From Eledone cirrhosa (taxonomy: Eukaryota): DNA of 64,000 nucleotides. The position numbers and the translations under genes were made by a program. The notes beneath the pieces are model-generated. The model searched no databases. It had not been told where the DNA came from and worked only from the letters and a program-made list of their open reading frames with translations. The stretch lies in the NCBI GenBank assembly GCA_964016885.1, contig OZ024752.1, positions 21,452,001-21,516,000 on the forward strand, written 5' to 3'. Positions 51,505 to 64,000 of this stretch are shown here, piece by piece; the first letter of the stretch is position 1, and each line of letters starts with the position of its first letter.

Positions 51505-52537
51505 CAGGAGAACATGATATGAAGGCTAAAAAACACTTGTGGATAGTGCAGTTTTAAATCAACATATGAAAAGTGGTTTTAGATTGATGTGTGATATTGG
51601 GAAAAATATTTTATATAGAGAGTGGGGTGGTGGAAAGGATGAAAAAGGGGAGGAGATGAGAGGGAGAGATGGGTGATAGAGAGAAAGAGATAGTTTTTAT
51701 AACTGAGAGAAGATATATTGTTTTACATAGAGAGGTTGAAAACCGTTGGAAGATAATGTATAAATTAAAAGAATTTGAAAATTAACGAAGGGAAAGATAT
51801 GTACGAGCAAAAAATATTTTATTTAGGGAGGGGGGTGGAAAGGATGAAAAAAGGGGGAGGAGATGAGAGTGAAGGTGGAGAGGGAGAGATGGGTGATAGA
51901 GAGAAAGAGATAGTTTTTATAACTGAGAAAAGATATATTGTTTTACATAGAGAGGTTGAGAACCGTTGGAAGATAATGTATAAATTAAAAGAATTTGAAA
52001 ATTAACGAAGGGAATTTATGTATGAAGATAGAGAGAAGAAATAATAATTGTGGATGAATATTCTAACGTCAAAAAAGTGTATGTTGATAAGTATTGTGGC
52101 AATTTCAAAATTAACGAAGAGAAAAAAGAATTATTAAGGTTTGTGTGTAGAAGGATTTGAGAAAAATAATGTGAAGTTAAAGTTTGTATATTGAAAGAAT
52201 TGATAATATGTGCGAAGAAAGAGTTAATATGTATTAAGAATGAGTTCGTTGATGGGGAGAAAAAAATAATAAATTAAGGATGAAATTGAGATTAAAAAGT
52301 TTTATGATAGAGAGAAAAAATAATAATAATTGCGGATGAATATTCTAACGTCAAAAAAACAAATGTATATGTTATGAAGGATTTTACAAGGTGAAGATAG
52401 AAAGAGGGTAATGAGTAAACAAGTATTATAGAGTGTATAATGCCCTTTGAGGTAAGGTAGGAAGATGGGTATATTTTAAAGAGGTGTATGTATATGTGCC
52501 TTTGAGAAAAGATTCTAAATTGATAAAGAATTGAATA

Positions 52538-54910
52538 TTAACTGTATACTTTGTGAAAAGTCCTATGGAATTTATGCAGGCAGATAGAAAACAAATCTGT
52601 ACGTCTATTTATTATAGAATCTAGATTAGAGATAATGGTAAATTTTTCATTTAGGCAGAGATTACAGATTTTAGATAGAGAGCTGTTCAAGTATGAGGAT
52701 GCAGAAGAAACCTTCTTCCAAAAGATGGTATATTTAATGTTTTTGTCTTTCAAGGACCATATGAGTTCTGAGAGAGCCGTGTTGGTTCTTTTAAGTTTGT
52801 ATTTGAAAGATGAATGGTGATTATAGAGACGAGCTTTAAAAGAGGTGGAAGTGGAGCCAAAATAGGTGAAGGAATTGGTGCTAGTTATAACTTTACATTC
52901 ATAAATTAAGTTTTTATCGAGACAATGGTTGTTGAGAGGACATTTATTTTTAATGCGGCAGTTGCAATTAGAGAGATTATTAATGAGTGACCTAGTGTTA
53001 TCTATAGAAGGAATTGGATTGGAGAAGTTGTTTGCGATAGGAATAATAGGAATAATAGTTTCTTGATTTAGAGTTGGATTATGAACATTTAGCGAAGTTG
53101 TGTTTGACGTTGTATTTGGGTTTACAGAAGTTAGCCTAGGGTTTACAATGACGTCGGGAGTACTATTACTGTTATTATGAAATTCAATGTTGGAAGGAAG
53201 AGATTTAGTATTTAGTATTTTATTGTTGTGTTTAGAGATAATGTTGGAAATATTGGAGGATGTAGAATAGGAAAATTTGATGGTGTGTTTGTTAAATATT
53301 TTACTATAGATATGTGAGGGAAGGAAGCATTTATTTAAGGCACTAAAAAATAATTTAGGAATATTGTTATTAATAGAGATGGAGAAAGGAGCATTATACC
53401 AGATTATGTTTTTGTATCTAGGTCTTTTATTAAAAGTATTGGAATGATCATGATTAATTATTCTACTGTAAGTTTTTCTAGAATTTGTTTCTTTACTATA
53501 TTTGATTTTATCTGGATAGCCGGCTTTAGAAAGTGCGTTATTATAGTAATTGGCGTTAGCATCAAAGATGTTTTTATTAGAAGATATGTTAGATATTCTT
53601 TTTCCAATATTACTAACTATAGCATTCTTGATATTGGTAGGATGGTTAGATTTAAAGTTAACATAATTTAGGTTCTCATTGTTAAGATTAAGAGATACAT
53701 CCAAGAAATTAGCTAGTTTGATACTATTATCAAATTCAATTTTTAGGTTATGTTGGTTAAAGAGATTACGTATATTGTTCTTAATAATATTAAGGTTAAC
53801 TATATTGCAATTTAGGATAGTAAAGAGTCCATCGTCACGATAAATTCCACCGCGAAGTTGAGGAATTTTCCGACTCAAAGAGTTCAAAATGAAGATACCA
53901 ATTAAATCAGTCAATTGGGATGAATCGGATGCTCCCATTGTGATGTCGAAGTTGTTAGAGGTATCGGCTCTGGTCCAATATTCGTTGTTGAACTCTAGGA
54001 TGGTTTTACGTGCGGTGAGGATGATGTGAAGTTCATCTGTGGTGATGTCAGAATATTTAAGTGCGAAAGATAGAGCATTATTGAGAAGTGAAGGCGAAAT
54101 GGAGGAATAGTAGCTGGCAATATCAAATTGAATAAATTTTAGTTTGTTTTTATTATCCAATTTGTTGAACCAGCCAATCACTTCAGAAGTACCAAACCAT
54201 AAATTTAGGTTCAAAGAAGAGCAATTAGAACTAACCTGTGGGATAATTCTATCCAAGATGGCTTTACTAACAACCCCCAGATCAGATTTAGAGGGGGCGA
54301 TTAATCTAACAGGTAGTTCAGTGCGAAAATTGTTTTTGTGATCCTTGAGATTTATCCTCGGAGTTCTTGGGAGGAATGGTTCGGTCTTTTTTTCAATGCC
54401 AAGTTTTGACATAATCTCAGAGGCTTCAAGGTTTATGTATTCTAAATTTTCATGGTTGGTTTTACGATACTTTTTCCTAAGTTCCTTTAGGATAAGGTTG
54501 TTATAATTATCCTTGGAAATACCATATAAGTTATTGGTTTTGTCAGAGTGGACTAAAACATTTTTTGAGGAATTTAGGTTAGAAATTGTGTTCTTGAGAT
54601 TTACAAGGTGCTCTTGTCCTTTGTAAGGGTATCTCTTGAATTTAAGATTTTTTATTATTTTAGTTAATTCTTCCTCGAATTGTACTAGATTTTTGTTGGA
54701 AGGAGGATTTCGTCTAGAATTAAATAGATGATCGAGGAAGTTATGTTCTTTGGTATGGAAGTTCCCTTTTAGGCGCTGGTCATAGAAATAGGCTGTCCAT
54801 CTAAGTCTTCTTACGAAGGAGTCAGTTTTTTCAATAAGAAGTTTGGTGAATTCAGATTTACCAGGTATAGGAATGTCTTTAGTTGAATTGGTTATGTTGT
54901 AATAATCCAT
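52538..54910 (-). CDS. PLE polyprotein, RT + C-terminal GIY-YIG (CxCx5C type, Hydra-clade-like); probable start MDYYNI
   Basis: STKDIPIP, SDKTNNLY, QFDIASYYSSI, FDITMGASD, IYRDD, CNCRIKNKCPLNNHC, LIY..YFG, CNLCLNEK..CLH. Confidence 0.92.
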   Translation of the reverse strand: MDYYNITNSTKDIPIPGKSEFTKLLIEKTDSFVRRLRWTAYFYDQRLKGNFHTKEHNFLDHLFNSRRNPPSNKNLVQFEEELTKIIKNLKFKRYPYKGQEHLVNLKNTISNLNSSKNVLVHSDKTNNLYGISKDNYNNLILKELRKKYRKTNHENLEYINLEASEIMSKLGIEKKTEPFLPRTPRINLKDHKNNFRTELPVRLIAPSKSDLGVVSKAILDRIIPQVSSNCSSLNLNLWFGTSEVIGWFNKLDNKNKLKFIQFDIASYYSSISPSLLNNALSFALKYSDITTDELHIILTARKTILEFNNEYWTRADTSNNFDITMGASDSSQLTDLIGIFILNSLSRKIPQLRGGIYRDDGLFTILNCNIVNLNIIKNNIRNLFNQHNLKIEFDNSIKLANFLDVSLNLNNENLNYVNFKSNHPTNIKNAIVSNIGKRISNISSNKNIFDANANYYNNALSKAGYPDKIKYSKETNSRKTYSRIINHDHSNTFNKRPRYKNIIWYNAPFSISINNNIPKLFFSALNKCFLPSHIYSKIFNKHTIKFSYSTSSNISNIISKHNNKILNTKSLPSNIEFHNNSNSTPDVIVNPRLTSVNPNTTSNTTSLNVHNPTLNQETIIPIIPIANNFSNPIPSIDNTRSLINNLSNCNCRIKNKCPLNNHCLDKNLIYECKVITSTNSFTYFGSTSTSFKARLYNHHSSFKYKLKRTNTALSELIWSLKDKNIKYTIFWKKVSSASSYLNSSLSKICNLCLNEKFTIISNLDSIINRRTDLFSICLHKFHRTFHKVYS

Positions 54911-55036
54911 GTTGTAGAAGAAGAGGTAAAAGACCATCAGAAGGTATCCAATATGAGAGTAAGCGCTCAACCGTTAAGGAGCAAGTTAATGTAGGAGGTG
55001 AGTTTTATTGTAGTACAATAAAGCAATGCAGATATC

Positions 55037-56138
55037 TACCAATATCAAGAATGCTATAGTTAGTAATATTGGAAAAAGAATATCTAACATATCTTCTAAT
55101 AAAAACATCTTTGATGCTAACGCCAATTACTATAATAACGCACTTTCTAAAGCCGGCTATCCAGATAAAATCAAATATAGTAAAGAAACAAATTCTAGAA
55201 AAACTTACAGTAGAATAATTAATCATGATCATTCCAATAATTTTAATAAAAGACCTAGATACAAAAACATAATCTGGTATAATGCTCCTTTCTCCATCTC
55301 TATTAATAACAATATTCCTAAATTATTTTTTAGTGCCTTAAATAAATGCTTCCCTCCCTCACATATCTATAGTAAAATATTTAACAAACACACCATCAAA
55401 TTTTCCTATTCTACATCCTCCAATATTTCCAACATCATCTCTAAACACAACAATAAAATACTAAATACTAAATCTCTTCCTTCCAACATTGAATTTCATA
55501 ATAACAGTAATAGTACTCCCGACGTCATTGTAAACCCTAGGCTAACTTCTGTAAACCCAAATACAACGTCAAACACAACTTCGCTAAATGTTCATAATCC
55601 AACTCTAAATCAAGAAACTATTATTCCTATTATTCCTATCGCAAACAACTTCTCCAATCCAATTCCTTCTATAGATAACACTAGGTCACTCATTAATAAT
55701 CTCTCTAATTGCAACTGCCGCATTAAAAATAAATGTCCTCTCAACAACCATTGTCTCGATAAAAACTTAATTTATGAATGTAAAGTTATAACTAGCACCA
55801 ATTCCTTCACCTATTTTGGCTCCACTTCCACCTCTTTTAAAGCTCGTCTCTATAATCACCATTCATCTTTCAAATACAAACTTAAAAGAACCAACACGGC
55901 TCTCTCAGAACTCATATGGTCCTTGAAAGACAAAAACATTAAATATACCATCTTTTGGAAGAAGGTTTCTTCTGCATCCTCATACTTGAACAGCTCTCTA
56001 TCTAAAATCTGTAATCTCTGCCTAAATGAAAAATTTACCATTATCTCTAATCTAGATTCTATAATAAATAGACGTACAGATTTGTTTTCTATCTGCCTGC
56101 ATAAATTCCATAGGACTTTTCACAAAGTATACAGTTAA
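55037..56138 (+). pseudogene. Inverted duplicate of the PLE-G thumb/endonuclease region
   Basis: Near-identical to the C-terminal ~365 aa of the 52538 ORF. Confidence 0.9.
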
Positions 56139-57405
56139 TATTCAATTCTTTATCAATTTAGAATCTTTTCTCAAAGGCACATATACATACACCTCTTTAA
56201 AATATACCCATCTTCCTACCTTACTTCAAAGGGCATTATACACTCTATAATACTTGTTTATTCATTACCCTCTTTCTATCTTCACCTTGTAAAATCCTTC
56301 ATAACATATACATTTGTTTTTTTGACGTTAGAATATTCATCCGCAATTATTATTATTTTTTCTCTCTATCATAAAACTTTTTAATCTCAATTTCATCCTT
56401 AATTTATTATTTTTTTCTCCCCATCAACGAACTCATTCTTAATACATATTAACTCTTTCTTCGCACATATTATCAATTCCTTCAATATACAAACTTTAAC
56501 TTCACATTATTTTTCTCAAATCCTTCTACACACAAACCGTAATAATTTTTTCTCTTCGTTAATTTTGAAATTGCCACAATACTTATCAACATACACCTTT
56601 TTGACGTTAGAATATTCATCCACAATTATTATTTTTTCTCTCTATCTTCATGCATAAACTCCCTCTCTTTCCTCGTAAATATTTTTTCCCTTCGTTAATT
56701 TTCAAATTCTTTTAATTTATACATTATCTTCCAACGGTTCTCAACCTCTCTATGTAAAACAATATATCTTTTCTCAGTTATAAAAACTATCTCTTTCTCT
56801 CTATCACCCATCTCTCCCTCTCCACCTTCACTCTCATCTCCTCCCCCTTTTTTCATCCCCCCCTCTCCCTAAATAAAATATTTTTTCCTCGTACATATCT
56901 TTCCCTTCGTTAATTTTCAAATTCTTTTAATTTATACATTATCTTCCAACGGTTCTCAACCTCTCTATGTAAAACAATATATCTTTTCTCAGTTATAAAA
57001 ACTATCTCTTTCTCTCTATCACCCATCTCTCCCTCTCCACCTTCACTCTCATCTCCTCCCCCTTTTTTCATCCCCCCCCCTCCCTAAATAAAATATTTTT
57101 TCCTCGTACATATCTTTCCCTTCGTTAATTTTCAAATTCTTTTAATTCATACATTATCTTCCAACGGTTTTCAACCTCTCTATGTAAAACAATATATCTT
57201 CTCTCAGTTATAAAAACTATCTCTTTCTCTCTATCACCCATCTCTCCCTCTCATCTCCTCCCCTTTTTCATCCTTTCCACCACCCCCCTCTCTAAATAAA
57301 ATATTTTTCCCAATATCACACATCAATCTAAAACCACTTTTCATATGTTGATTTAAAACTGCACTATCCACAAGTGTTTTTTAGCCTTCATATCATGTTC
57401 TCCTG

Positions 57406-57472
57406 TTTTATCTGATGAAAACACAAATATTATTGCATGATGATGTTTGTTTTTGAAATGCGCATAATAAAA
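57406..57472 (+). ncRNA. Type I hammerhead, family G
   Basis: TTTTAT-CTGATGA-[16-bp stem II with G.U pairs]-GAAA-TGCGCA-TA-ATAAAA. Confidence 0.8.
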
Positions 57473-57547
57473 TACATGGAACTCCTTTAACCATTTTTTG
57501 ATCTTATATTATATATATATATATATATGTATATGTATATATATATA

Positions 57548-59585
57548 TTGTTATATTTGGGGAGGGTCATATTTGCGTAATATTGCCAGAATTAATAACA
57601 GAACACACTCACTGTTTGGTTGGTTTTCGCTTCTCGCTGTCTTTTATATATATATATCTGCGATCTAACTTACTCGGTCCTCAATGTTGCCATTGACTGA
57701 CCGGCGGTCAAAAATAATACAGATACAATATAGACACAAACACATATATATAGTTTACATAATTTACATAAATCTTTCGTTGCACATCTGCAACATCGTC
57801 AGTGGTGTTATATTCATTGTTCCTCCTGTTGTGTTGTATGTCTACGCCATTTTTTTTGTTCAGTCTGTCTATATATTTATTTATTTATTTGCTTGTTTGT
57901 TTATCTTATTTTATTTTGTCTTCTTTGCGCATGCGTTTGCGTGTGTGTATAGTGTTATGTGTGATGTGTGACTAGTGTGTATAGTGTTGTGTCTGCTGGG
58001 TGACTAGTGTGTGTTTATGTGCTTGTGTATGTATTTATTTATCTTATTTTATTTAACACTATAGACGAGAGAGCCCAAATTCTCCACTCACACTATGCTA
58101 AACCCATGGCCTCCAAATACCTGATACTCAAAAACTCAGCAATGTCCAGTAGTGCTAAGTTTAATATTCTGATCGCAGATTTGGTACGAGTGATGAAGAA
58201 TGTGTCCAGCATGTGCGACCCAACAGAAATGGAAGGACACATCCAACACTTCATCAACCGCATGCAGTTCTCTGGGTACAACCAAAGAGACAGAGTCAGA
58301 GTATACGAAGGAGCCATGGAAAAGTATAAGACCCTCATAGAACTGGACATGAAAGGAATTTGCCCACTATACAGGAGCAAATCATGGAATAGCTTAGATA
58401 GGGCTAGACATAAGATAGGGAAGGCCACATCATGGTACGACAACCAGAGATATCAGGGTGTCATGTTTGTGGACGCCACCCCTGGAGGGAAATTAGCTAA
58501 CCAGTGTAGAAAGGCCCTGAGAAAGACCCACTTAAAAATAAAGGTGGTAGAAAAGCCAGGAACCACCATAAAATCCCTGATCAGCAAAACCTACCCTTTT
58601 AAGAAAACCCACTGTACCAATAGGAAATGTATCATATGTAAGGTGAATCCCCGGATAAACTGTAAAACTAGAAACGTAGTCTATAGCATAAGATGTACAG
58701 AGGGTACTTGCAGAAACATGACAACAACATACATAGGTGAGACAGCTCGTAGCATAGGTGAAAGGATAGACCAACACAGGGGGGAACTAAAAGGACGAAA
58801 AAACGGGTCAGTACTATACGAACATGCTAGACAACAACATGACGGTAACATAGACAACATAGAAATTAGAATAATATCTAAACATAGGAATGACCCAGCA
58901 GATAGGCAAATCAGAGAGGCCAGTGAAATAGAAATTAGAAGACCAAAGCTAAACAGAAAGAATGAGCGGAACAACAACAAACCCAAACAAACAACACTGA
59001 CCTAAGAGAAGTATAAATAAGTAAATAAAATTAAATAAAATAAGATAAATAAATACATACACAAGCACATAAACACACACTGGTCACCCAGCAGACACAA
59101 CACTATACACACTAGTCACACATCACACATAACACTATACACACACGCAAACGCATGCGGCAAAGAAGACAAAATAAAATAAGATAAACAAACAAGCAAA
59201 TAAATAAATAAATATATAGACAGACTGAACAAAAAAAATGGCGTAGACATACAACACAACAGGAGGAACAATGAATATAACACCACTGACGATGTTGCAG
59301 ATGTGCAACGAAAGATTTATGTAAATTATGTAAACTATATATATGTGTTTGTGTCTATATTGTATCTGTATTATTTTTGACCGCCGGTCAGTCAATGGCA
59401 ACATTGAGGACCGAGTAAGTTAGATCGCAGATATATATATATAAAAGACAGCGAGAAGCGAAAACCAACCAAACAGTGAGTGTGTTCTGTTATTAATTCT
59501 GGCAATATTACGCAAATATGACCCTCCCCAAATATAACAATATCTGTTTCGACACACGATTTCATATAAAAAACCTCGCAAAACT
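57548..59585 (+). mobile_element. PLE family C, 5'-truncated with inverted pLTR
   Basis: 57548-58054 is inverted relative to ~59032-59540. HHR-like cores at 57765-57806 (-) and 59282-59323 (+) have a weak stem I. (TA)n flanks. Confidence 0.92.
58055..59005 (+). CDS. Truncated PLE thumb + GIY-YIG endonuclease (relative of family B)
   Basis: HSHYAKPM, CTNRKCIIC, VVY..YIGETARSIGERI..H, IREASEI..PKLN. Confidence 0.9.
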   Translation, partial: NTIDERAQILHSHYAKPMASKYLILKNSAMSSSAKFNILIADLVRVMKNVSSMCDPTEMEGHIQHFINRMQFSGYNQRDRVRVYEGAMEKYKTLIELDMKGICPLYRSKSWNSLDRARHKIGKATSWYDNQRYQGVMFVDATPGGKLANQCRKALRKTHLKIKVVEKPGTTIKSLISKTYPFKKTHCTNRKCIICKVNPRINCKTRNVVYSIRCTEGTCRNMTTTYIGETARSIGERIDQHRGELKGRKNGSVLYEHARQQHDGNIDNIEIRIISKHRNDPADRQIREASEIEIRRPKLNRKNERNNNKPKQTTLT

Positions 59586-59589
59586 ATAT

Positions 59590-59839
<250 letters not shown>

Positions 59840-59870
59840 GTATATATATATGTATATATATATGTATATA

Positions 59871-62087
59871 GACCTTTTTAATTTAATTAAACACCTCAAA
59901 TTTAAAAAGTATAAATCCGTCTTTCAAAAGGACCTTGATTCTACCCTATTGGACCTAAAAAAGTCTTAAAAAATCCATGTCCACTCGGACAAAACTGGTA
60001 ACTTGTATCATATGGATATTGAACATTATAATGAGTTCATATATAAAGAACTCAGAAAAAATTATAAAAAATCTAATAATGCGTCACTCACCAACATCAA
60101 CAACAAAACACACAACATAGTAAAAAAACTAAACATTGAAGATAGAACTGAACCTTTGGCATTGAAAAGACCACACTTCAACCTGAAGGATCATAAATCA
60201 AACTTTAACTCAAATCCTTCTATTAGACTTATATGTCCCTCCAAATCAGATATTGGAATAATTAGCAAAAAAATTTTGGATAGAGTCATCCCACAAATAA
60301 GAAAACACGTTATTTTACCACTCTGGGAAAACACCTCCCAGGTAATTAACTGGTTTAAAAATATTAGATGTAAATCTTCTGCTTCATTTCTACAATTTGA
60401 TATAGATAATTACTATTCTTCTATATCACCTATACTCCTGAACAAAGCATTGATATTTGCTAAAAATAGATCTAACTTAACTTTGGATGACATTAATATT
60501 ATTACACATGCTAGACTAACACTTATTGAATTTCAGAATGAATACTGGACCAGAAACACATATAGTAATCTATTTGATATTACTATGGGTTCAAGCGATT
60601 CCGCCCAAATTACTGATCTTGTGGGCCTCTTTCTCCTTTTCAACATAAATGCCTCCTTTCCCCACCTTAAAGGTGGTTTATATCGTGATGACTGTCTTCT
60701 TCTTTCTAACAACCTTAGCCTTTCAGAAATTGAAAAAAACAAAAAACATATTAGAACTTTCCTTAAAGACTATTATAATCTTCATATTACTTTTGAAAAA
60801 ACAAGTAAAGTAGTAAATTTCCTAGATATAACTTTAGATTTAGCTACGGGTATCTACCAACCTTACCATAAACCAAACCAAAACTTACATTACATACACT
60901 CACAATCTAATCACCCTAAATCTATCCTTAAAAACCTTGCGTATAATATATCACTTAGAATTTCTAACCTTTCTTCTAACCAAGATGTATTTGATAAAAA
61001 TGCGACCTTCTATAACGAAGCTCTAGATAGAAGTGGCCACAAAAATAGATTAGAATATATACCTTCTACTAAAAATACTAAAAGCATACAACCTAATATT
61101 ACCAACAAACACCAAATGAAAAGTACACACCTAAATGCCACCCACACTATACCCCAAAATACCAAATCTTCTAATATAAAATATAGTAACTCTCAAAAAA
61201 CTACTCATCATACAACTCTAATAAATATTAATAATAAAACTCCTAATAAAAAAGATAAAACACCTAAATCTACAAATATAACTAAAAATGGTTGTGGTGA
61301 GATCATTAACATTAATCCTCCTAGTAAACATCACGATACAACCTATAAAAATAATAAAAATAATAAACAACATAGAAACCGTAATAGACGGGTTACTTGG
61401 TATAATGCTCCATTTAATTTACAAATTAAGGATAATATTGCTAAAAAATTTTTTTATATCCTAGAGAAAAACTTCCCGCCAAACCACAAATACCATCAAA
61501 TCTTAAATAGGTCTACAGTTAAATTCTCATACTCAACAACAAATAACATAAAACAAAATATAAGTGCCTATAATGCATATAAATGTAAGAAAATCATAAG
61601 TATACCACCAGTACATCAAATTAACCATAATATCTCCTCAAATACAGAATTAACGAAAGGTTGTAACTGTAGAAACAAAGCAAACTGCCCATTAAAAGGG
61701 AATTGTCTTGTTAACAACATAGTCTATAAATGTAATGTTAAAACTAAAGATTCTATTTGCTCATATATAGGAGCTACCTCTAACAATTTTAAGACAAGGT
61801 TTAATACCCACAAGCATAGTTTTAAAAATGCCGCACTGGCTAATACAACATCTCTAGCAGAAAAAATCAATAGTTATAAAAATAAGAATATAGAATATGA
61901 TATGACCTGGAGTGTGCTCAAAAGAGCCACCCCTTATCAAAATAATAGAAATGAATGTAGATTATGTTCCCAAGAACTATTTGAAATAATGAAATCTAAG
62001 GATATCCTATTAAATAAACGACAGGAATTAATTATATCGTGTAATCATAAACTAAAAAAAACATTTAAATATTATAAACCTAATTAA
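59871..62087 (+). CDS. PLE RT + GIY-YIG (family A relative), 5'-truncated, one stop at ~59967; open 60003-62087
   Basis: [47 protein letters not shown]. An AT-rich 3' UTR follows. Confidence 0.92.
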
Positions 62088-62584
62088 TAACATTATTTTA
62101 GAAATTAATTTAATTTAAATGTTAGTTAACCTATAAATTTAATTTAATTAAAATTCTACTACAGATGAGAATATAAAATATTGTGTAATCATAAATTGTG
62201 AAAAACCTTTAAATATTACTAATATATACTTAGTTATTTAATTTATAGATTAATTTTAATTTATTTAAACCTTTTATTAAAATTCCTTTACAGATAAAAT
62301 ATAACAAAATATCGTGTATCCAATGACAGAGAAATAATTTTTAGTATTATAGACCTAATTAATATACATTTTAGAAATATATTTATAATTTGGTTTTAAA
62401 TTTAGTCAACCTAAAAATTTAATTTAATTGGCTTAAAATTAGTATCCTTATACAGACGGATTGCAGAGTGTCATGTAATCATAGAATGGGATGTGTTTTG
62501 GATGTATACCTAGTTAATATATTCTTTGCAATTTTTGAAAAAATATGTATATGTATGTATGTATGTGTATGTGTATGTATGTGT

Positions 62585-62630
<46 letters not shown>

Positions 62631-63632
62631 ATGTATATGTATATGTATATGTATTAATTTTGATTTCTATTTGCATATAATTATATTCTGCTATTGATAA
62701 AATACAATATCTGTTTTATTTATTATATACCTAATTAACATATACTATAGAAATTAATATATAATTTTTAATTTAGTTAACCTATAATTTATATTCTACT
62801 ACCGATGTAATACTTTATTTGTTTTTTCCCTATTACTAAATTCATTTCCTAATATTGATACCATAACGTTAATAACTTTAATTTAGTTATACTATAATTA
62901 ATACTCTACTACTATTTAACTTCAAAATTCTGCTTCAAATATTATAAACCTAACTAATTTACACCTTAGAAATCAATATGTTAACTATCTTTAGTTTAGT
63001 TAACATATAATTAATGGTATACTTATTTCGAAATGCATAATTTTGCCTTATTTCTTGTATTTCCTAACACTGAAACTATGTAAAAACATATATTGGGATC
63101 CAGATACAGATAATATTCTATGTTTCTTGAAACATATATTTACTATAATCCCCTTCTCCAACCCCCCCCCCCCTTTCCCCCATACTATTATCATCTGTGT
63201 TTGTAAGCGTGTATGTATGAATATATATGTAGGTAGGTGTATATATGTTTGGGTATTTATATCTGAATATAAAAATACATATATGCGCATGCAAATAAGA
63301 ATGTAAGATTGTGTGTATATATATGTGTGTATATATATATATATGTATATATATGCATGTGTATATATATGTGTATATGTATATATATATATATGTGTAT
63401 ATGTGAATATGTGTGAGGGCGTGTATGTGTGTGTGTATATATATATATATATGTGTGTGTATGTATGTGTGTATATATATATATGTGTATATATATGTAT
63501 GTCTCTCTATTTATATGTCTATCTTCGTATCTATGTGGGTATATGTGTGTATGTACATGTATGCACATGTATATGTTTATGTGTATATGTGTGTATGTGT
63601 ATATATGTACGTGTGCGCACATATATATGTGA

Positions 63633-63670
<38 letters not shown>

Positions 63671-63703
63671 GTATATCTATGTGTGTATATATGTCTATAT
63701 TCG

Positions 63704-63740
<37 letters not shown>

Positions 63741-64000
63741 TATTATTATAATATAACTTATGTGTATGTGTGTATATGTGAGGGTGTGTATATGTATATA
63801 TATGTATATATATGTGTAAAAATATATATGTGTATGTGTGTTTTTTGTGTGTGTGTATATATATGTATGTATATATGTGTGTATGTGTGTGTTTGTATGT
63901 GTGTTTGTGGTTGTATGTGTGTGTGGGTGTATATATATAAATGTATGTGTATGTATATATATATATATATGTGTATATGTATCTCTATTAATGTGTGTAT

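Overview
AT-rich, microsatellite-laden animal DNA made almost entirely of retroelements. I recognise no host gene. The SINE/RTE repertoire suggests a cephalopod, probably an octopus (inference). The window holds at least six Penelope-like element (PLE; RT + C-terminal GIY-YIG) insertions of two protein types, mostly as inverted (palindromic) insertions next to (TA)n and partly nested. It also contains many decayed RTE LINEs, RLE-type non-LTR fragments, tRNA-derived SINEs, two Helitron ends and a 5-kb compound minisatellite. By eye I count about 18 type-I hammerhead ribozyme (HHR) motifs, intact or decayed, from about 8 sequence families. The main find is at 47629-48495: a non-coding, highly structured 328-nt tandem unit with an intact minimal HHR and an octamer motif. 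It is a candidate retrozyme (circular-RNA retroelement), and its insertion geometry (tandem + inversion + one-sided tail + (TA)n flanks) matches the neighbouring PLEs. All ribozyme folds were read manually, not computed.
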